A DNA stretch of 64,000 nt from an uncultured Eubacteriales bacterium (GTDB lineage Bacteria > Bacillota > Clostridia > TANB77 > CAG-508). This document shows positions 9,606-19,889 of this stretch, piece by piece. The stretch is taken from the NCBI GenBank assembly GCA_902787685.1, contig CADAHH010000003.1:113472-177471 (forward strand), given 5' to 3'. The translations under genes were made by a program, and so were the position numbers. The notes under the pieces were generated by a model, which saw only the letters and a list, made by a program, of their open reading frames with translations, was not told where the DNA came from and searched no databases. The first letter of the stretch is position 1. Each line of letters opens with the position of its first letter.

Positions 9606-10544
9606 GTGATTGAAGTAAAAAATGTCACAAAAAAATACGGAAGCTTTGTAGCCGTAAATGATATTAGCTTTACTATTAATGATGGAGAAGTAGTTGGCTT
9701 TTTGGGCCCAAATGGTGCTGGAAAAAGTACAACGATGAATATGCTTACCGGGTATATTGAACAAACAGAGGGCCATATAATAGTAAATGGCTATGATACA
9801 ATTAAAAAACCAAATAAAGCAAAAGGGCAAATGGGATATATGCCAGAGGGAGTTCCACTATATAATGACTTAACAGTTAAAGAATTTGTGACATATATGG
9901 CAGAGTTACATAAGATAGAAAGAAAACAAAAAAAAGATAGAGTACAAGCTGTGCTTAAAGAAGTTGGTCTAGAATCAATGCAAAATAAACTTATTAAAAA
10001 TTTATCTAGAGGTCAAAAACAAAGAGTAAGTTTAGCAGGAACAATAGTATTTGATCCAAAAATTGTAATATTAGATGAACCAACTGTTGGATTAGATCCA
10101 AAACAAATCACAGAAATAAGAAGTTTAATTAAGAATTTAGGTAAAAAACATACAGTAATTTTAAGTTCACATATTCTATCAGAAGTAAGCCAAATATGTG
10201 ATAGGGTAATTATTATTAATAAAGGAAAAATAGTAGCTATAGATACTCCAGAAAATTTGGAAAGTAAAGTTTCTACAAATAATTCTATTTATGTTACAGT
10301 AGAAGATCCTGACAATAAAGTAGATAATATAAAAATTGAAAATGTTTCATCAATTACATTGTTAAAAACAAATGAAGATGGTACAAAACAATATGAAATA
10401 AAAGCAAATGAAGGAATTAATCTTAATAAATTAATATTTAGTGAATTTGCTAAACAAAATATTACTATTTTAGAAATGAAAAAGCCTGAAACAACTTTAG
10501 AAGATGCATTTATGGAAATAATTAAAGAAGGAGATGATAAATAA
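9606..10544 (+). CDS. ABC transporter ATP-binding protein (ABC-2 / GldA-like)
   Basis: Walker A GPNGAGKST, signature LSRGQKQR, Walker B VILDEPT. GTG start after 'aggaggagtgactt'. Confidence 0.85.
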   Translation: MIEVKNVTKKYGSFVAVNDISFTINDGEVVGFLGPNGAGKSTTMNMLTGYIEQTEGHIIVNGYDTIKKPNKAKGQMGYMPEGVPLYNDLTVKEFVTYMAELHKIERKQKKDRVQAVLKEVGLESMQNKLIKNLSRGQKQRVSLAGTIVFDPKIVILDEPTVGLDPKQITEIRSLIKNLGKKHTVILSSHILSEVSQICDRVIIINKGKIVAIDTPENLESKVSTNNSIYVTVEDPDNKVDNIKIENVSSITLLKTNEDGTKQYEIKANEGINLNKLIFSEFAKQNITILEMKKPETTLEDAFMEIIKEGDDK

Positions 10545-11224
10545 TGGGAGCAGTTATTAAAAAAGAATTAAAGAATTATTTTTTATCACCAATTGGATAT
10601 GTATTTATAGGTTTATTTTTAATAATGTTTAGTATATTCTTTTATACAGATGTATTTAGATATAAAAGTACAAATTTTGAATATATCTTTTATTCTGGAG
10701 CTACAATACTAACTTTTATAACACCAATTCTTACAATGAGAACAATTGCAGAAGAAAGAAAAAATGGAACAGAACAATTGATACTTACATCTCCATTAAG
10801 TATTACCAAATTAATATTAGGAAAATTTATAGCAGCAACATTAATACTAGTAATTACTGAGGTGTGCACATATTTATATTTTGCTATATTAATGTATTTT
10901 GGAAAACCCCATATTTCAACAGCATTAGTCACTCAATTAGGATTTTTATTATTGGGAATGAGTTATATTTCCTTTGGTATTTTTGCATCTAGTATTACAG
11001 AAAATCAAATAGTTGCAGGTATAATTACAATTGGATTTTTTATTCTAAATTGGTTTTTGCCTCAATTTGGTAGTTCTTTTGCAAATATATCATTAATAAA
11101 CCTATTTGCTAAATTTCCAAGAGGACAAATTGATATTGCAGATACAGTTACATTTTTAACATTTATATTGATGTGTTTATCTTTAACAATAATATTAATG
11201 CAAAGAAGAAAAATGGTGAAATAG
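10544..11224 (+). CDS. ABC-2 type transporter permease (GldF-like)
   Basis: 226-aa polytopic membrane protein whose start overlaps the stop of the ATPase gene (ATAATG). Confidence 0.7.
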   Translation: MGAVIKKELKNYFLSPIGYVFIGLFLIMFSIFFYTDVFRYKSTNFEYIFYSGATILTFITPILTMRTIAEERKNGTEQLILTSPLSITKLILGKFIAATLILVITEVCTYLYFAILMYFGKPHISTALVTQLGFLLLGMSYISFGIFASSITENQIVAGIITIGFFILNWFLPQFGSSFANISLINLFAKFPRGQIDIADTVTFLTFILMCLSLTIILMQRRKMVK

Positions 11225-11237
11225 GAGGAGAGTTAAA

Positions 11238-12758
11238 TTGAAAGAAAACAAAACTGAAAAAAGCTTAAATAAAATTAAACAAAAGAAATCAAGTAGACTT
11301 ATAGAAGCACTTAAAAGAAGATGGCTGATTGATGGCACTAAAACACTTTTATTAGTTGCAATTATTATTGTTATGTTTATTACAGTAAATATATTTATGC
11401 AAAAAATGGAATTAACACCTATTGACTTAAGTCAAGATAAAATAAATTCTTTAACAAAAGAAAGCAAAGAAAAAGTAAAAGATATAAATAAAGAGGTTAA
11501 AATATATTTTGTTGGATATGACAACGAAGATTCGAATTTAGAATTAGCTAAACAATATAAAAAAGCAAATGAGAACATTATAGCAGAAGCGGTGGATATA
11601 AATAATAGACCAGATTTATCTCAAAAGTATGGTATTGATAAAGATGCAAAAGGGATTATCGTTGAGTGTGGTGAAAAATCAAAAGTATTAACTGAAAATG
11701 ATTTAGTAACATATGATATGAATTCTTATGAAACAATTAGCATAGCTGAAGAAAAATTAACAAGCTCTATTATGTCAGTTATAAGTGATAAAATACCAAC
11801 TATATATTTCCTAGATGGATATAGTGATAATTTCTCTTTACAACAAAATATGAATTATTTAAATGCTTTTTTTGAAAATGAAGTTAGTGAAGTTAAAACA
11901 CTAAACATCTTAACTACAGGTAATGTACCAGAAGATTGTGATACATTAGTTATTACAACTCCTTCAAAAGATTTTGATAGTATTGCAACAGATGCCATTA
12001 TTAATTACATAAATTCAGGAAAAAATATTTTGTGGTTTAATGCAGCACAAACACAAAGTAAAAATCTAACAAATGTTAATAAAATATTGAGTATGTATTC
12101 TGTAAATCCGTTTGATATTGGGGTTATAAGAGAAACTAATCAAGATAACATGCTTAGAGATTCAACTGATATAATTCCGGATATAATAATTCCTGTAACA
12201 CAATATTCAAGTATTTTAAAAGACGTAAATAATAGTGTTGGTGCTGTTTTGATAAATCCTACAAAAATAAACATTAATGAAGATAAACTTGAAGAACAAA
12301 AAGTAGAAAAACAAGAACTTTTAAAAACAACAGAAGGAGCTTATTTTAGAACTAATTTCCAAAACTCATCAAATGAAAAAGCAGATGATGAGGAATCAAA
12401 AGAATTTATAGTAGGAGCAGAATTAAAAAAGACTATTAAAGAAGCTGATGAAGAAAATAATCAAAAAGAAATTGTTTCTAAATTGATTATTTTTGGAGAA
12501 AATATATTTATATCAGATAGTTTAATAGGAAAAACACCTGCTATAAGTTATGGTAGTAACAGAGATGTCGTTTTAAATTCTATAGCATATTTAGTAGATA
12601 GACCAGAAGATATTACTGCAAGAAAAAGCACTGGAACAGTAGTATATACTGCAACTGCAGCTCAAGATAGAAATATTAGAATTATAATATTTGTAGTGCC
12701 AATTGTAATTATTATTATAGGAATCATAGTATGGCAAGTTAGAAGAAGAAAAAAATAA
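11238..12758 (+). CDS. GldG-like auxiliary component of the ABC-2 transporter
   Basis: 506 aa with N- and C-terminal TM anchors flanking a large extracytoplasmic domain. It is third in the ATPase-permease operon, the usual GldA/F/G-like arrangement. Confidence 0.55.
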   Translation: MKENKTEKSLNKIKQKKSSRLIEALKRRWLIDGTKTLLLVAIIIVMFITVNIFMQKMELTPIDLSQDKINSLTKESKEKVKDINKEVKIYFVGYDNEDSNLELAKQYKKANENIIAEAVDINNRPDLSQKYGIDKDAKGIIVECGEKSKVLTENDLVTYDMNSYETISIAEEKLTSSIMSVISDKIPTIYFLDGYSDNFSLQQNMNYLNAFFENEVSEVKTLNILTTGNVPEDCDTLVITTPSKDFDSIATDAIINYINSGKNILWFNAAQTQSKNLTNVNKILSMYSVNPFDIGVIRETNQDNMLRDSTDIIPDIIIPVTQYSSILKDVNNSVGAVLINPTKININEDKLEEQKVEKQELLKTTEGAYFRTNFQNSSNEKADDEESKEFIVGAELKKTIKEADEENNQKEIVSKLIIFGENIFISDSLIGKTPAISYGSNRDVVLNSIAYLVDRPEDITARKSTGTVVYTATAAQDRNIRIIIFVVPIVIIIIGIIVWQVRRRKK

Positions 12759-12770
12759 ATTATAAATAAT

Positions 12771-12810
12771 AAAACCCCTATTTATAGAATATAATAAATA
12801 AGGGTTTTTT
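12771..12810 (+). terminator. Rho-independent terminator of the ABC operon
   Basis: aaaacccctatttat..ataaataagggtttttt imperfect hairpin plus a T-run. Confidence 0.55.
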
Positions 12811-13829
12811 ATGATTATTTTTACAATTATTGGTGCTTTAATAGGAGCGGGTTTTGCATCTCGGCCAAGAAATTTATTTGTTTTTTTACAGATATGGAAT
12901 AAAGGGAATATTTGGAATTATAGTTTGCAATATTTTAATGGGATTAGTTATATATAAAACATTAAATATTATAAGAGTAAAAAAAATAAAAACATATAAA
13001 GAATTTCTTGAATTTATAACACCAAAACTAAAAAAGAATAAATATTTCAATTTAACTCAAATAATTAATAATGTTATTAATGTTTTTCTATTAATTACTT
13101 TTTTTATAATGGTTTCAGGATTTGGAGCATATTTTTTTCAAGAATATCGGAATAAATAGAATAATTGGATCAATATTTTTAGCCATAATATGTTTTATCG
13201 TATTTTTAGGAAATATTAAGAACATAGCAAAAATAAATAGCATAATAATACCTATTTTGATTTTATTTATTATATGTGTTGGGATTTATAATTTAAAAGT
13301 TATAAATATAAAACAAATAGGAGAGAATATTATTATAAAACAAAGCTTGACCTGGATTATACAATCAATAGTTTATGCAAGTTATAATTTGATTTTATTA
13401 ATACCTGTTTTAATTAATCTTAAAGATTTTTTAAAAAATAGGAAACAGATAATAAATATATCTATTGCAACATCAATTATAATTTCAATAATATCAATTT
13501 TTATATTTTTTCTTTTGGTAAATGTAGACACAAGTTTTTCAAATTTAGATATGCCAGTTGTTTATGTTATAAAAAACAATTTTACAAAAATAAGTAGAAT
13601 GTATGGATTAATAATTCTTATAGCTATTTTTACAACAGCAATTTCAATAGGAGCTGGATTTTTAAATAATGTTAGTAAAACTAATAAAGAATATAAAATT
13701 TTTGCTTTTTTAATGTGTTTAGTTAGTGTACTTGTTGCAAATATTGGATTTGCTAATTTGGTAAGAGTATTATTTCCAATGTTTGGATATATCGGTATTT
13801 TTCAAATTATATTTACTCTTTTAATTTAA
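12811..13829 (+). pseudogene. YkvI-family membrane protein gene interrupted by two +1 frame breaks (pseudogene, sequence error, or recoded gene)
   Basis: There are three consecutive frames. 12811-12861 encodes MIIFTIIGALIGAGFAS, the 12854 ORF continues GQEIYLFFYRYGIKG..., and the 13122 ORF continues GINRIIGSIF.... Joined, they give a YkvI-like polytopic protein with the family-typical GAGFASGQE motif. Both breaks fall at in-frame CGG (12862, 13148). Confidence 0.7.
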
Positions 13830-13912
13830 AATAAGAATTAATAAATTATTTGACTTGCTATTTAATTTATCATTTGATAAAATAATGTCAAATGAAAGGA
13901 ATGTGAACAAAA

Positions 13913-15091
13913 GTGAAAAATAAATTAAAAGATTTTTATTTTGAAAAAGAAAATATGATAAAAAAAGCAATAAAAATTAGTACATTAGTGTTAATAATAA
14001 TTGCAATTATTACACTTGTAGTAATATATTTTAATGAGCAGAAATTTAGAAAATGGGTTGATATTAATATATTAAGAAAAGATGTTAAAACATCTGATGT
14101 ATCAAGTATAGATTTAGACACAAATAAAAACAACCAGATTTACTGCTATGGAAGTAACATATGTATTTTAAATGATAAAAATCTTAAGATTTATAATTCA
14201 TCAGGTCAAGAAGCTACAAACATATCAATTGATATTAATTCAGCCATTTTTGACTCAAATGGTAACTATTTAGCAATGGCAGAAAAAAATGGACAAAATA
14301 TTTGTACAATTTTTGATAAAACATTTTTATGGAAACAACATTTAGATGGTGAGATTCTGCAAATATCAATGAATCCAAATGGATATGTTGCAGTTGTTAC
14401 AACAGATACAACATATAAATCTATAATAACATTACTAGACCAAAATGGAAAAATTGTTTTAAAAAATTATTTATCTTCAGCAAGAGTAACTGATGTTACA
14501 ATTTCTTATGACAATAAATATATAGCATTTTCAGAATTAGATACATCAAGTGCATTGATTCAATCAACTATCAAAATTATTTCAGTAGATAAAGCATTGG
14601 AAAATCCTGAAGAAGCTATAATATATACATATACTGCTGATGCTTCCAAAATGATATTAAATATTAATTATCAAGAAAAAGGATTTTTAACATGTGTATT
14701 TAACAACACAATTGAAGCTATTATGCAAAATAATGTAGAGAATAAACTTAATATTGAAAAAAATATAACTTTTGTTTCTTCTGATTTGAAAGAAGATATT
14801 GTATACATTAGAGAAGAAGATACAGGGATTTTTAATTCTAAATCTTCTGTCAATATCATAAACACATCAAACAATCATAAAAATGTATACAATATAGAAG
14901 AGGTTATAAAAGAGATGTATACATATAAAGATATTGTTGGTATTAATGTTGGAACAGAAATGTATTTTATTAACACAAAGGGAATGCTTATAAAAAAATA
15001 CACATCTAAACAAGAAATAACTAATGTGTTATTATCAGATAATTTAGCAATTATAATATATAAAGATAGAATTCATATCATAGAATTATAA
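13913..15091 (+). CDS. Membrane-anchored hypothetical protein (N-terminal TM, beta-rich extracellular domain)
   Basis: 392-aa ORF with a GTG start and one N-terminal TM helix (ISTLVLIIIAIITLVVIYF). No catalytic motif was recognised. Confidence 0.5.
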   Translation: MKNKLKDFYFEKENMIKKAIKISTLVLIIIAIITLVVIYFNEQKFRKWVDINILRKDVKTSDVSSIDLDTNKNNQIYCYGSNICILNDKNLKIYNSSGQEATNISIDINSAIFDSNGNYLAMAEKNGQNICTIFDKTFLWKQHLDGEILQISMNPNGYVAVVTTDTTYKSIITLLDQNGKIVLKNYLSSARVTDVTISYDNKYIAFSELDTSSALIQSTIKIISVDKALENPEEAIIYTYTADASKMILNINYQEKGFLTCVFNNTIEAIMQNNVENKLNIEKNITFVSSDLKEDIVYIREEDTGIFNSKSSVNIINTSNNHKNVYNIEEVIKEMYTYKDIVGINVGTEMYFINTKGMLIKKYTSKQEITNVLLSDNLAIIIYKDRIHIIEL

Positions 15092-15128
15092 ATTTTAATT
15101 AAGGATTCTGAAAGGAAATGAATATAAT

Positions 15129-15815
15129 ATGGGTATTATAATTGATTTAATACTATTGGCAATTATTGGATTAAACCTTTTTTTTGGATATAAAAAGGGT
15201 TTAATAAAGGTTGCATTTAGTATTTTTGCTTTTTTTATTGCTTTAATTGCAACAGTAATCTTAGTTAAGCCGGTTTCCTATATGATAATAAAAAACACAC
15301 AAATAGACGAAAAAATTAAAGCAATTATTATTGATAATAATTATTATAATGATGATGAAGAGCAATCAAATGAAAATAGTAAACAAGAGGAATCAATATC
15401 AGATAAAAATCAAAATTTTATACAAAAATATATTATGAATACTATTACAGAAAAAACTAATGAAGCAAAAAACAGAGCATTAGAAACTACATCAGAAGTA
15501 ATATCAGTCAAAATTATTGAAATAATAGCAGCTATTGTAATTTTTGTTTTAATAAGAGTAATAATTATTATTCTTAGTTTTTTGTCAGATTTTATATCAG
15601 AAATTCCAATTATTAAACAGTTTAATAAAGCAGGTGGAATTATTTATGGTTTATTAAAATCACTTATTATAATTTATATTATACTTACAATCATATTTAT
15701 TATAGAATCTGTCAAAGGAAATAGTATGATTTCTTGTGCTATTGATGAGTCTGTAATTACAAAAGTATTATACAATAATAATATAGTGATAAAAAGAGTA
15801 TTGCCTTTTAAGTAA
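15129..15815 (+). CDS. cvpA: CvpA-family membrane protein
   Basis: The N-terminus IIDLILLAIIGLNLFFGYKKGLIKVAFSIFAFFIALIA is typical of colicin V production protein CvpA. Several TM helices. Confidence 0.7.
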   Translation: MGIIIDLILLAIIGLNLFFGYKKGLIKVAFSIFAFFIALIATVILVKPVSYMIIKNTQIDEKIKAIIIDNNYYNDDEEQSNENSKQEESISDKNQNFIQKYIMNTITEKTNEAKNRALETTSEVISVKIIEIIAAIVIFVLIRVIIIILSFLSDFISEIPIIKQFNKAGGIIYGLLKSLIIIYIILTIIFIIESVKGNSMISCAIDESVITKVLYNNNIVIKRVLPFK

Positions 15816-15877
15816 AAATTTGTTATAATTCATCCTATAGTTTTAATTTAAAAATAAAAGAAAGAAGCAAATAATAA

Positions 15878-17224
15878 ATGAGTAGAAAAAATAATAAAAC
15901 AAAGAAAAAGAAGCATATTGTATTAAAAATGCTTTTATTTATACTAATAATGATGGTAATGTTTATAGGTGGATTTGTTGGTTATAGCACCTATAAAAAC
16001 GGATGGGGTGTTAAAGGGATAATTCAAACAGCTATGGGACAAGATCCTAAAAAGTTAGAAAATTTGGATCCATTTACTGTTTTAATAATGGGAGTAAGTG
16101 AAGATATTTCTGTTAAATTAACAGATACAATTATTGTAGCATCATATAATCCTAAAACCCAAAGAGCCACTTTACTATCTATTCCGAGAGACACTTTTGT
16201 TGGAGCAAATAAAAATAAGGCTACTTCTTATGATAAAATAAATGCATTATATCAAACTAAAACAAAAGAGAAGGATACGAGTCCAGAAAAAACTTTAGCA
16301 GCTGTAAATAAGATTACAGGGTTAAATATAACATATTATGTAGTAGTTAGTAATAATGCTTTGGTACAACTTGTAGATGCAATAGGTGGAGTTGAATATG
16401 ATGTACCTATTGATATGGATTATGATGATAGTTCTCAAGATTTATATATTCATTTAAAAAAAGGGTATCAAAAGCTTAATGGGGAACAAGCAGAATGGCT
16501 TGTTAGATTCAGACACAATAATAATGGAACATCTTATCCAACATCTTATGGAAATAATGATTTAGGAAGAATGAGAACACAAAGAGAGTTTTTAAAAGTA
16601 GTTGCTAAACAAATGATTCAGTTGAAAAATATTACAAAAATTGGAACATTTATTGATATATTTAAAGAAAATGTTCAAACTAATATTTCGAATTGGTCAT
16701 TAATGAAGGATTATATTCCATATTTAGTTGATTTTAATATTGATAATATTCAAACTGAAACTTTGCCAGGAGCTCCATCATCTTTTGGACCATATAATTT
16801 ATCATACTTCGTATATAATGAAAAACAAACTAAAGAGCTAGTAAATAAATTGCTTACAGAACAAAACTATTCTGAAGAAAACAATGAAGAAAAAGAAGAA
16901 GACATTATAGATAATGATAAAAATACCGACAATAAAACGGTTTCTCAAAATAACACAATAAAAATTGAATTACTTAATGGATGTGGAGATTCATCAGTTT
17001 TTTCAAAAGCAAGAAATGCATTAGAAAATGAAGGATATACTATCTCAAAAACTGGAACTTCAGAAAACAATGTTAGTAAAACTGTAATAATTAATAAAAC
17101 TTCTGTATCTAGTGAAATAATAGACACTATTAAAACACTACTTCATACTGAAAATTTACAAAGTAAATCAACAAGTACAAGTAAAGTTGATTTAACAATC
17201 ATTATTGGGAAAGATTATAAATAA
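15878..17224 (+). CDS. LCP (LytR-CpsA-Psr) family cell-wall glycopolymer transferase with a LytR_C-like C-terminal domain
   Basis: N-terminal TM. LCP core FTVLIMGVSED...TDTIIVASYNPKTQRATLLSIPRDT..., NGEQAEWLVRFRH. Confidence 0.8.
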   Translation: MSRKNNKTKKKKHIVLKMLLFILIMMVMFIGGFVGYSTYKNGWGVKGIIQTAMGQDPKKLENLDPFTVLIMGVSEDISVKLTDTIIVASYNPKTQRATLLSIPRDTFVGANKNKATSYDKINALYQTKTKEKDTSPEKTLAAVNKITGLNITYYVVVSNNALVQLVDAIGGVEYDVPIDMDYDDSSQDLYIHLKKGYQKLNGEQAEWLVRFRHNNNGTSYPTSYGNNDLGRMRTQREFLKVVAKQMIQLKNITKIGTFIDIFKENVQTNISNWSLMKDYIPYLVDFNIDNIQTETLPGAPSSFGPYNLSYFVYNEKQTKELVNKLLTEQNYSEENNEEKEEDIIDNDKNTDNKTVSQNNTIKIELLNGCGDSSVFSKARNALENEGYTISKTGTSENNVSKTVIINKTSVSSEIIDTIKTLLHTENLQSKSTSTSKVDLTIIIGKDYK

Positions 17225-17230
17225 AAAAAT

Positions 17231-17269
17231 GTTGAAAGTTAGAAGATAATTTATATTCTAACTTTCAAC
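17231..17269 (+). terminator. Rho-independent terminator
   Basis: Perfect 14-bp stem gttgaaagttagaa / ttctaactttcaac, followed by a T-run. Confidence 0.7.
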
Positions 17270-17422
17270 TAAAATTTTTTTTAAAATCAAAAAAGTTATA
17301 TTCATATTGTTTAATTATTCTATATTAGTCTATTTAAATTGTCATTTATTTTATATCAGGTTAAAAAATTTCTTATAATTGTAGTTGTGTTATTTAAATC
17401 ATATAATAAGGAGGAAAAATTA

Positions 17423-18064
17423 TTGTATAGTTTAAATTTAAAACAAAAGAAAATTATAGCAATTGTAGGAATAATTGTATTAGTATTAATAATCATATAT
17501 TTTTATAATAGTAGGTTAGAAACTCCACAGTTAGAGGATGATATTTTAGTTGAAGAAAATCAAACAAATAGCAATTTAGGTAATAAAACTGATGAAAAAG
17601 ATTTAATTATTATTCATATAACAGGAGCTGTTAAAATGCCTGGAATAGTTAAGTTAGAAGAAGGAGCAAGAATAGAAGATGCAATTAATAAAGCTGGAGG
17701 ATTAACAGAAGATGCAGATATTTCAAAAGTCAATTTAGCATATGTTTTAGAAGATGGAGTCAAAATTAAAATTCCTAGTAACTCTGATATAGGAGATCTA
17801 GGGGAAAACATTATTATCAATGGAAGCGGAGATAATATTTTAGAAGATTTTGAAAATTCATCTGATAATAATATACTAAATATTAATAAAGCAACAGAAC
17901 AAGAATTAGAAGATTTGCCAGGAATAGGCCCGTCACTAGCATCAAAAATAATAGAATATAGAAATAAAAATGGTAAATTTTCATCAGTTGAAGATATAAA
18001 AAATGTTAATGGCATTGGAGAAAGCAAATACGAAAATATAAAAGAAAAGCTTTGTGTAAAATAA
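17423..18064 (+). CDS. comEA: ComEA-family DNA-binding competence protein (SLBB plus helix-hairpin-helix)
   Basis: The C-terminus is INKATEQELEDLPGIGPSLASKIIEYRNKNGKFSSVEDIKNVNGIGESKYENIKEKL. There is an N-terminal TM. The start is set at a TTG 8 nt after AAGGAGG; the track ORF begins further upstream. Confidence 0.8.
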   Translation: MYSLNLKQKKIIAIVGIIVLVLIIIYFYNSRLETPQLEDDILVEENQTNSNLGNKTDEKDLIIIHITGAVKMPGIVKLEEGARIEDAINKAGGLTEDADISKVNLAYVLEDGVKIKIPSNSDIGDLGENIIINGSGDNILEDFENSSDNNILNINKATEQELEDLPGIGPSLASKIIEYRNKNGKFSSVEDIKNVNGIGESKYENIKEKLCVK

Positions 18065-18083
18065 AAAGGAAAAAGAGAAAAAG

Positions 18084-18137
18084 GGGACGGAGAAAAGTTT
18101 TCAATTTTTGCAAAAATTGAAAACTTTTCTCCGTCCC
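18084..18137. terminator. Long bidirectional terminator hairpin between comEA and the tRNA
   Basis: gggacggagaaaagttttcaattttt gc aaaaattgaaaacttttctccgtccc, flanked by A-run and T-run. Confidence 0.75.
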
Positions 18138-18149
18138 TTTTTTTCTTTT

Positions 18150-18225
<76 letters not shown>

Positions 18226-18265
18226 AATTATAGAGGTATTATATCAATTTCCTTAAAAAAAGTCA

Positions 18266-18293
18266 AACAAAAATAGCTATAACACTTGCAAAA
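18266..18293 (+). repeat. Left copy of the 28-bp direct repeat (target-site duplication) flanking the IS
   Basis: aacaaaaatagctataacacttgcaaaa is identical to 19862-19889. Confidence 0.85.
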
Positions 18294-19861
18294 TATTAAT
18301 TAAAAGTGATAATGTCTTAAGTAATTAAAAGCAAAAATGTCCCAAATTTATAAAATATAATTGTATGAATCTTTTAATCATATTAAAATATATGTTTAGG
18401 AGGCTTATACATGAGAAAGGTAAATTTGAGAATGAATGAACAAAGAAAATATGAAGTAATTAAAAAAATAGTTGAAACAAACGGAAATAAAAAAAGAGCA
18501 GCAGTAGAATTAGATTTATCAATTAGACAAATAAACAGGTTAATTGCAGGTTACAAAGCATATGGTAAAGAATTTTTTATGCATGGAAATAGAAGTAAAA
18601 TTCCACAAAATAAAATTTCTTATGAATTAAAGCAAAAAATCATTGAATTATATGAAACAAAATACTTTGATTGTAATTTTACTTTCTTTAGAGAATTATT
18701 ATTAGAGCATGAAAATATAAATATTTCATTGCCAACAATTATTAGTATTATGTACGAAGAAAATATAGTTTCTCCAAGATCGCATAGAATTACGAAAAGA
18801 AGGATACGAGAGCAATTAAAAGCCAAAGAAATTTCAGCAAAGAAAAAATCAGAAAAAGTTGATATAAAATTAAAACAGTTATCATTAGAATTTGCCCATC
18901 CAACACAACCAAGAAGTAAATATTTTGGCGAAGAACTTCAAATGGATGGATGCTTACATAGATGGTTTGATGGAATCAAAACAACATTACATGCAGTTAT
19001 AGACGATGCCACAGGGCAAGTTGTAGGAGCATATTTTGATAAAGAAGAAACACTTAATGGTTATTATAATATAACAAAGCAAATTCTTATGAATTATGGA
19101 ATACCAACAAAAATAAAAACAGACAATAGAACAGTTTTTGCTTATAAAAGAAAAAATTCACCATCTGATGAAGATGATGTTTTAACACAATATGGATACG
19201 CTTGTAAACAATTAGGAATAGAAATTGAAACAAGTAGCGTACCAGAATTTAAGGCTAGAATAGAAAGAGTATTCCAAACATTTCAAAACCGCCTACCAAA
19301 GCTTTTTGAATTGAATGGAATACACACTATTGAAGAGGCTAATAAGTACATTTCAAAGTACTTAAAAAATTTCAATAAACAATTTGCTCTTCCAATTAAT
19401 AATACCAAATCTGTATTCACAAATCAACTAGAAGAAGAAAAAACTAATTTAATATTATCTATATTAAGCAATAGAATAATAAATTCTGGTCACTCAATAC
19501 AATATCATAATAAATCATATAAAACAATTGATAAAAATGGAAATACCATTTATTACGGAAAAGGTACAAAATGTATAGTAATAAAAACTTTTGATAATAA
19601 ATTATATGCATCAATAGAAAATGAATTGTTTGAACTTGAAGAAATACCGATTAGAGAAGAAATATCAAAAAATTTTGATGAAGTTAAAGAAATAAAAATA
19701 ATAAAAAGAAACATTCCAAATATGTTACATCCATGGAGAGCAAAATCGTTTAATGAATTTATAGCAAAACAAGCATATAGACAATCAGCATAAAAAAACA
19801 CTAGCACTATTTTTAGTGCTAATGTTTGAAAAATTTTGGGACATTTTCCCTTTTACTTGAC
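18294..19861 (+). mobile_element. Intact insertion sequence, IS1202-group (ISNCY) like
   Basis: A single 460-aa DDE transposase gene. Imperfect terminal inverted repeats of about 22 bp (tattaattaaaagtgataatgtc versus the reverse complement of ggacattttcccttttacttgac). It is flanked by a perfect 28-bp direct repeat. Long duplications of 24-29 bp are characteristic of the IS1202 group. Ends are uncertain by 1-2 bp. Confidence 0.7.
18411..19793 (+). CDS. DDE (rve-type) transposase with an N-terminal HTH
   Basis: HTH-like LSIRQINRLIAGYK. Catalytic core ELQMDGCLHRWF...LHAVIDDATGQVVGAYF...IPTKIKTDNRTVF...IERVFQTFQNRL. Confidence 0.8.
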   Translation: MRKVNLRMNEQRKYEVIKKIVETNGNKKRAAVELDLSIRQINRLIAGYKAYGKEFFMHGNRSKIPQNKISYELKQKIIELYETKYFDCNFTFFRELLLEHENINISLPTIISIMYEENIVSPRSHRITKRRIREQLKAKEISAKKKSEKVDIKLKQLSLEFAHPTQPRSKYFGEELQMDGCLHRWFDGIKTTLHAVIDDATGQVVGAYFDKEETLNGYYNITKQILMNYGIPTKIKTDNRTVFAYKRKNSPSDEDDVLTQYGYACKQLGIEIETSSVPEFKARIERVFQTFQNRLPKLFELNGIHTIEEANKYISKYLKNFNKQFALPINNTKSVFTNQLEEEKTNLILSILSNRIINSGHSIQYHNKSYKTIDKNGNTIYYGKGTKCIVIKTFDNKLYASIENELFELEEIPIREEISKNFDEVKEIKIIKRNIPNMLHPWRAKSFNEFIAKQAYRQSA

Positions 19862-19889
19862 AACAAAAATAGCTATAACACTTGCAAAA
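19862..19889 (+). repeat. Right copy of the 28-bp target-site duplication
   Basis: Identical to 18266-18293. Confidence 0.85.

Noticed and set aside
13132-13138. Run of 7 T as the cause (slippage or error) of the second YkvI frame break.
   Set aside because: This is possible and not fully excluded. However, both frames are open across 13122-13159, and the 0-frame sequence up to the CGG (..FFQEY) looks more family-like than the alternative (..FFKNI). The CGG|GGA context is identical to the three other breaks.
17614-18027. 137-aa minus-strand ORF, and similar antisense ORFs (for example 27905-28246, 29428-29739, 48586-48888, 27520-27831, 3076-3339).
   Set aside because: Each lies fully inside and antisense to a well-supported + strand gene (comEA, the 411-aa ORF, acpS, the L,D-transpeptidase, and so on). 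They have low-complexity Leu/Ser/Phe/Ile-rich translations typical of AT-rich antisense frames, and no RBS.
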